The position numbers and the translations under genes are program-made. Positions 60,895 through 62,717 of a stretch of DNA of 62,717 nucleotides are shown in pieces. How positions within the stretch are numbered: the first letter of the stretch is position 1; the number at the start of each line of letters is the position of its first letter. This stretch comes from Minisyncoccota bacterium (GTDB taxonomy: Bacteria; Patescibacteriota; Minisyncoccia; Phycocordibacterales; XYD1-FULL-46-19): assembly GCA_041657405.1 (NCBI GenBank), contig JBBABX010000003.1:1-62717 (forward strand), written 5' to 3'. The notes under the pieces are model-generated. The model did not search any database. It was not told the DNA's origin and worked only from the letters and a program-made list of their open reading frames with translations.

Positions 60895-61486
60895 CGGTGA
60901 GTTGTTGCCAATCTTCTTGATATGAAAGCGAATAACAAATTACGTACTTAGGTTTATGTTCCTCAATTAGCTTTCGTAGTGCTTCAATCCGTTCACTTTT
61001 GTATGTCTCTAGATAATCCTTTCTTGAGGATAGTCCGTCTATACCTGAATCAGCATAGAGTCAATCTTTATCTGCAACAGATTTTGATGGCAACGGCATT
61101 AACTCCAACAATGCGTTGTTGGAGTTTTTACGTCCCAGTTTATTGATTTGGAACGCACGTACTGCTTCTTTGTCTGGGAACGTATGCGTTTCAGCGTATA
61201 GCATCATCTCAATAAGGCGACGCCACGTTGGTTGAATTGGTGCTCCATCTTCAAACCAGTACACATGACCTGGATCTATTTTTAAATCATCGTATATGTC
61301 ATAAGTTTGTTTGTGTGCGGTAGCGGTGAAGCGGTCTAGTAATATTTCGTTCGTTTCGTTATATCCTTCTTCCATACCGATAAACCAGTATGGACTGTTG
61401 AGGTTTCCATAACCCCAAAAGTTTTTTATACGTTCTTGTATCAATAGTCTAAAACCATCTCCATGAGGAGACTTTTCTGTACACAT
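60895..61486 (-). pseudogene. Hypothetical gene with an in-frame TGA (61061..61063), 3' end removed by the IS at 60894
   Basis: ORF 61061..61486 ends ...SKSVADKD-TGA. The same frame continues open as LYADSGIDGLSSRKDYLETYKSERIEALRKLIEEHKPKYVICYSLSYQEDWQQLT up to the IS terminus. Confidence 0.65.
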
Positions 61487-61488
61487 AA

Positions 61489-61641
61489 ATTCAACCGGGT
61501 TTTAAGATGGAAAGAGGCAGATATACAAAAGGCTCCTAGCCATCGCGATCCATCCTTTCGGACAGACCCATATCCGTTTCCAGATATGACCCGGTTGAGT
61601 GACTCTGACTAGGAGTCCTTTATACTCAACCGGGTGTTTTT
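61489..61641. promoter_or_regulatory. Three-element RNA switch-like structure: one 12-mer and two copies of its complement
   Basis: ATTCAACCGGGT (61489..61500) and ACTCAACCGGGT (61624..61635) are both complementary to ACCCGGTTGAGT (61589..61600). The 61589/61624 hairpin is followed by GTTTTT on the plus strand. The 61489 copy lies 2 nt upstream of the minus-strand ATG at 61486. Confidence 0.4.
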
Positions 61642-61791
61642 CACCATACCTCCCAGAAAAATCCGAAAGGGTTAGGCTACTGATAATATTCAATTGTCAA
61701 TCCACATAATACAGATATTATCTGTATAAGTCCACGATTCTATCGCAGAAACAAAGGTTTGCTAAGCCCTGTTGCCAACACGTTGAAAACC

Positions 61792-61820
61792 TTGACTTTT
61801 CCTTGACTATTTGATATACT
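61792..61820 (+). promoter_or_regulatory. Sigma-70-like promoter upstream of the high-GC ORF
   Basis: TTGACT (61792..61797), a 17-nt spacer, then TATACT (61815..61820), followed by TAGTTTGCTCTTT. This nearly matches TAGTTTGTTCTTT downstream of the 54364 promoter. Confidence 0.55.
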
Positions 61821-61855
61821 TATTATGTAGTTTGCTCTTTGATATTTCAGGACTT

Positions 61856-61907
61856 TTGAGACTAGCGTTGTGGAAGTTTTTAGAAGCTTCTAGAACGCTA
61901 GTCTCAA
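61856..61907 (+). promoter_or_regulatory. Nested perfect palindrome in the 5' leader of the high-GC ORF
   Basis: 14-bp arms TTGAGACTAGCGTT / AACGCTAGTCTCAA enclose the 12-bp palindrome TAGAAGCTTCTA (61881..61892). Confidence 0.5.
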
Positions 61908-61966
61908 GAACGAGACAAGTCGTCTACCCGAGCGGTTCGGGCAATTCAACATAAGGAGCTAACGTC

Positions 61967-62591
61967 ATGACGACGCTTACTCAGGAAACGGCCTCCGATG
62001 GCCAGATGAAGCAAATCACTCGCATGGCCACCGACGCTGCCGAGAAGGCGGTGAAGGCCTATGCCAACGCCAACTACCTCAGCAAGGAAGGTGCCGAGCG
62101 CGTGAAGGGCAACGCCGACTTCGTTGGCCGCATCCACGCCGCGACCGTTCTTGCCCTCGCCGAACTGTCGGTCACCGACAAGTTCAAGAACGAAGAGGTC
62201 GCCTCGAATTACGGCTATCTCCCCGGCTACACGAAGCCCAAGTCGATCACGGAGCAGTGCAACATCCTGCGCCAGATCTTCCCGGGTGTCGGGTTCGCCG
62301 ACGAGAAGCTCGCCGAGCGCGAGGTGCCCAAGCACGCCGAAGGGTGGTTCGCCATCCCGAAGTGGCAGACGGTCGCTCCGACCTACGCCGAAGCGGTGCA
62401 GAAGGTACTCGACGCGATCAAGAAGGTCCGGAACGGCAAGTTCTACAACCACCGTGACGGCCAGATCAACGATCAGCGTCTGCGCCAGTCGACCCAGACG
62501 GAGGCGGTGTTCCAGAAGCTCGGAGACGAGCAGAAGGATCACGACATCCTCGTGGTCGCCGCCCAGTTCGGTCTGCGTCATCGTGGTCGCT
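61967..62591 (+). CDS. High-GC gene fragment of the GWFAIPxWQ family, 3' end cut by the IS at 62592
   Basis: AAGGAG lies 7 nt before the ATG. GC-rich third codon positions; sampled lines are 41/60 and 36/60 GC. Overlapping open frames on both strands are typical of high-GC DNA. The protein aligns with the 54444..54932 product. Confidence 0.75.
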
Positions 62592-62717
62592 TGAAAGGTA
62601 CCCCTTTCTTTGCACACCCTTTCTAAGCTATATTAGAAACAATTAACATATAAATAATATGTCAAAGAAAGGATACAAAATAGCTCCTGAAATTAAGGAG
62701 CAAGTTATTAATCGAAT
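62592..62717 (+). mobile_element. Partial IS3-family insertion sequence (terminal repeat plus first 20 codons of orfA) running off the right window edge
   Basis: TGAAAGGTACCCCTTTCTTTGCACACCC terminus with the orfA ATG at 62659. It is the exact reverse complement of 2..127. Confidence 0.85.

Noticed and set aside
61061-61063. Genome-wide UGA reassignment (code 4 or 25) for the host
   Set aside because: An RF2 gene with an intact SPF motif is present. TGA terminates well-supported genes (for example IS orfA at 60057..60059). No other core gene needs read-through.
61946-62617. Long ORFs on the minus strand and in alternative plus frames (61946..62617, 62124..62594, 62257..62457)
   Set aside because: These are shadow ORFs produced by stop-codon depletion in high-GC DNA. 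Only the 61967 frame has a ribosome-binding site and a homolog (54444..54932).

Overview
This is a low-GC, gene-dense bacterial chromosomal segment; one sampled housekeeping line is 24/60 GC. The gene content includes GatCA, a single-polypeptide UvrD-type helicase/nuclease, FemAB, many small membrane proteins and a full type IV pilus locus next to comFC. By inference this fits a Patescibacteria/CPR-like organism using the standard genetic code, since RF2 is present and TGA is used as a stop.

Core region (about 1.2-54.3 kb): htpX-lemA, groES-groEL, secG, a family-5 substrate-binding protein, RNase J, an MFS transporter, the helicase-nuclease, yqeY, mpg, pcm, gpsA, pyrG, typA, ftsEX, prfB, an NRAMP-like transporter, gatCA and ligA. 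It also holds a 14 kb type IV pilus locus (pilMNO-pilB-response regulator-pilT-pilC-pilins-pilD-minor pilins) and seven tRNAs: Ser, Gln, 2x Thr, Asp, Met, fMet.

Accessory region (extreme left end and 54.3-62.7 kb): this looks like decaying mobile DNA. It contains two paralogous large serine recombinase genes, both 3'-truncated with an IS3-family element abutting or adjacent to the break. It also has one complete IS3-family element with an A-AAA-AAG frameshift site, and two partial copies of a related IS that form a perfect 126-bp inverted repeat at the two window edges. Other items are a truncated AAA_13 (PrrC/RloC-like) ATPase, an iteron-like repeat array, and an IS-truncated gene with an in-frame TGA.

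Most unusual observations:
- A 60-68% GC coding fragment is paralogous to a resident low-GC gene and sits behind the same promoter/leader architecture.
- A duplicated promoter carries a poly-G spacer tract of 8 versus 9 nt in front of two envelope genes, and long homopolymers occur in two other surface-protein genes.
- A 38-bp palindromic terminator-like repeat family has three copies.
- A 15-nt duplication of the tRNA-Asp 3' end brackets a GC-rich structured 203-bp segment.
- Several candidate structured RNAs have mutually exclusive pairings.

No CRISPR array, rRNA or reverse transcriptase was seen. I could not recognise a complete multi-gene novel system; the candidates above are what deserve follow-up.
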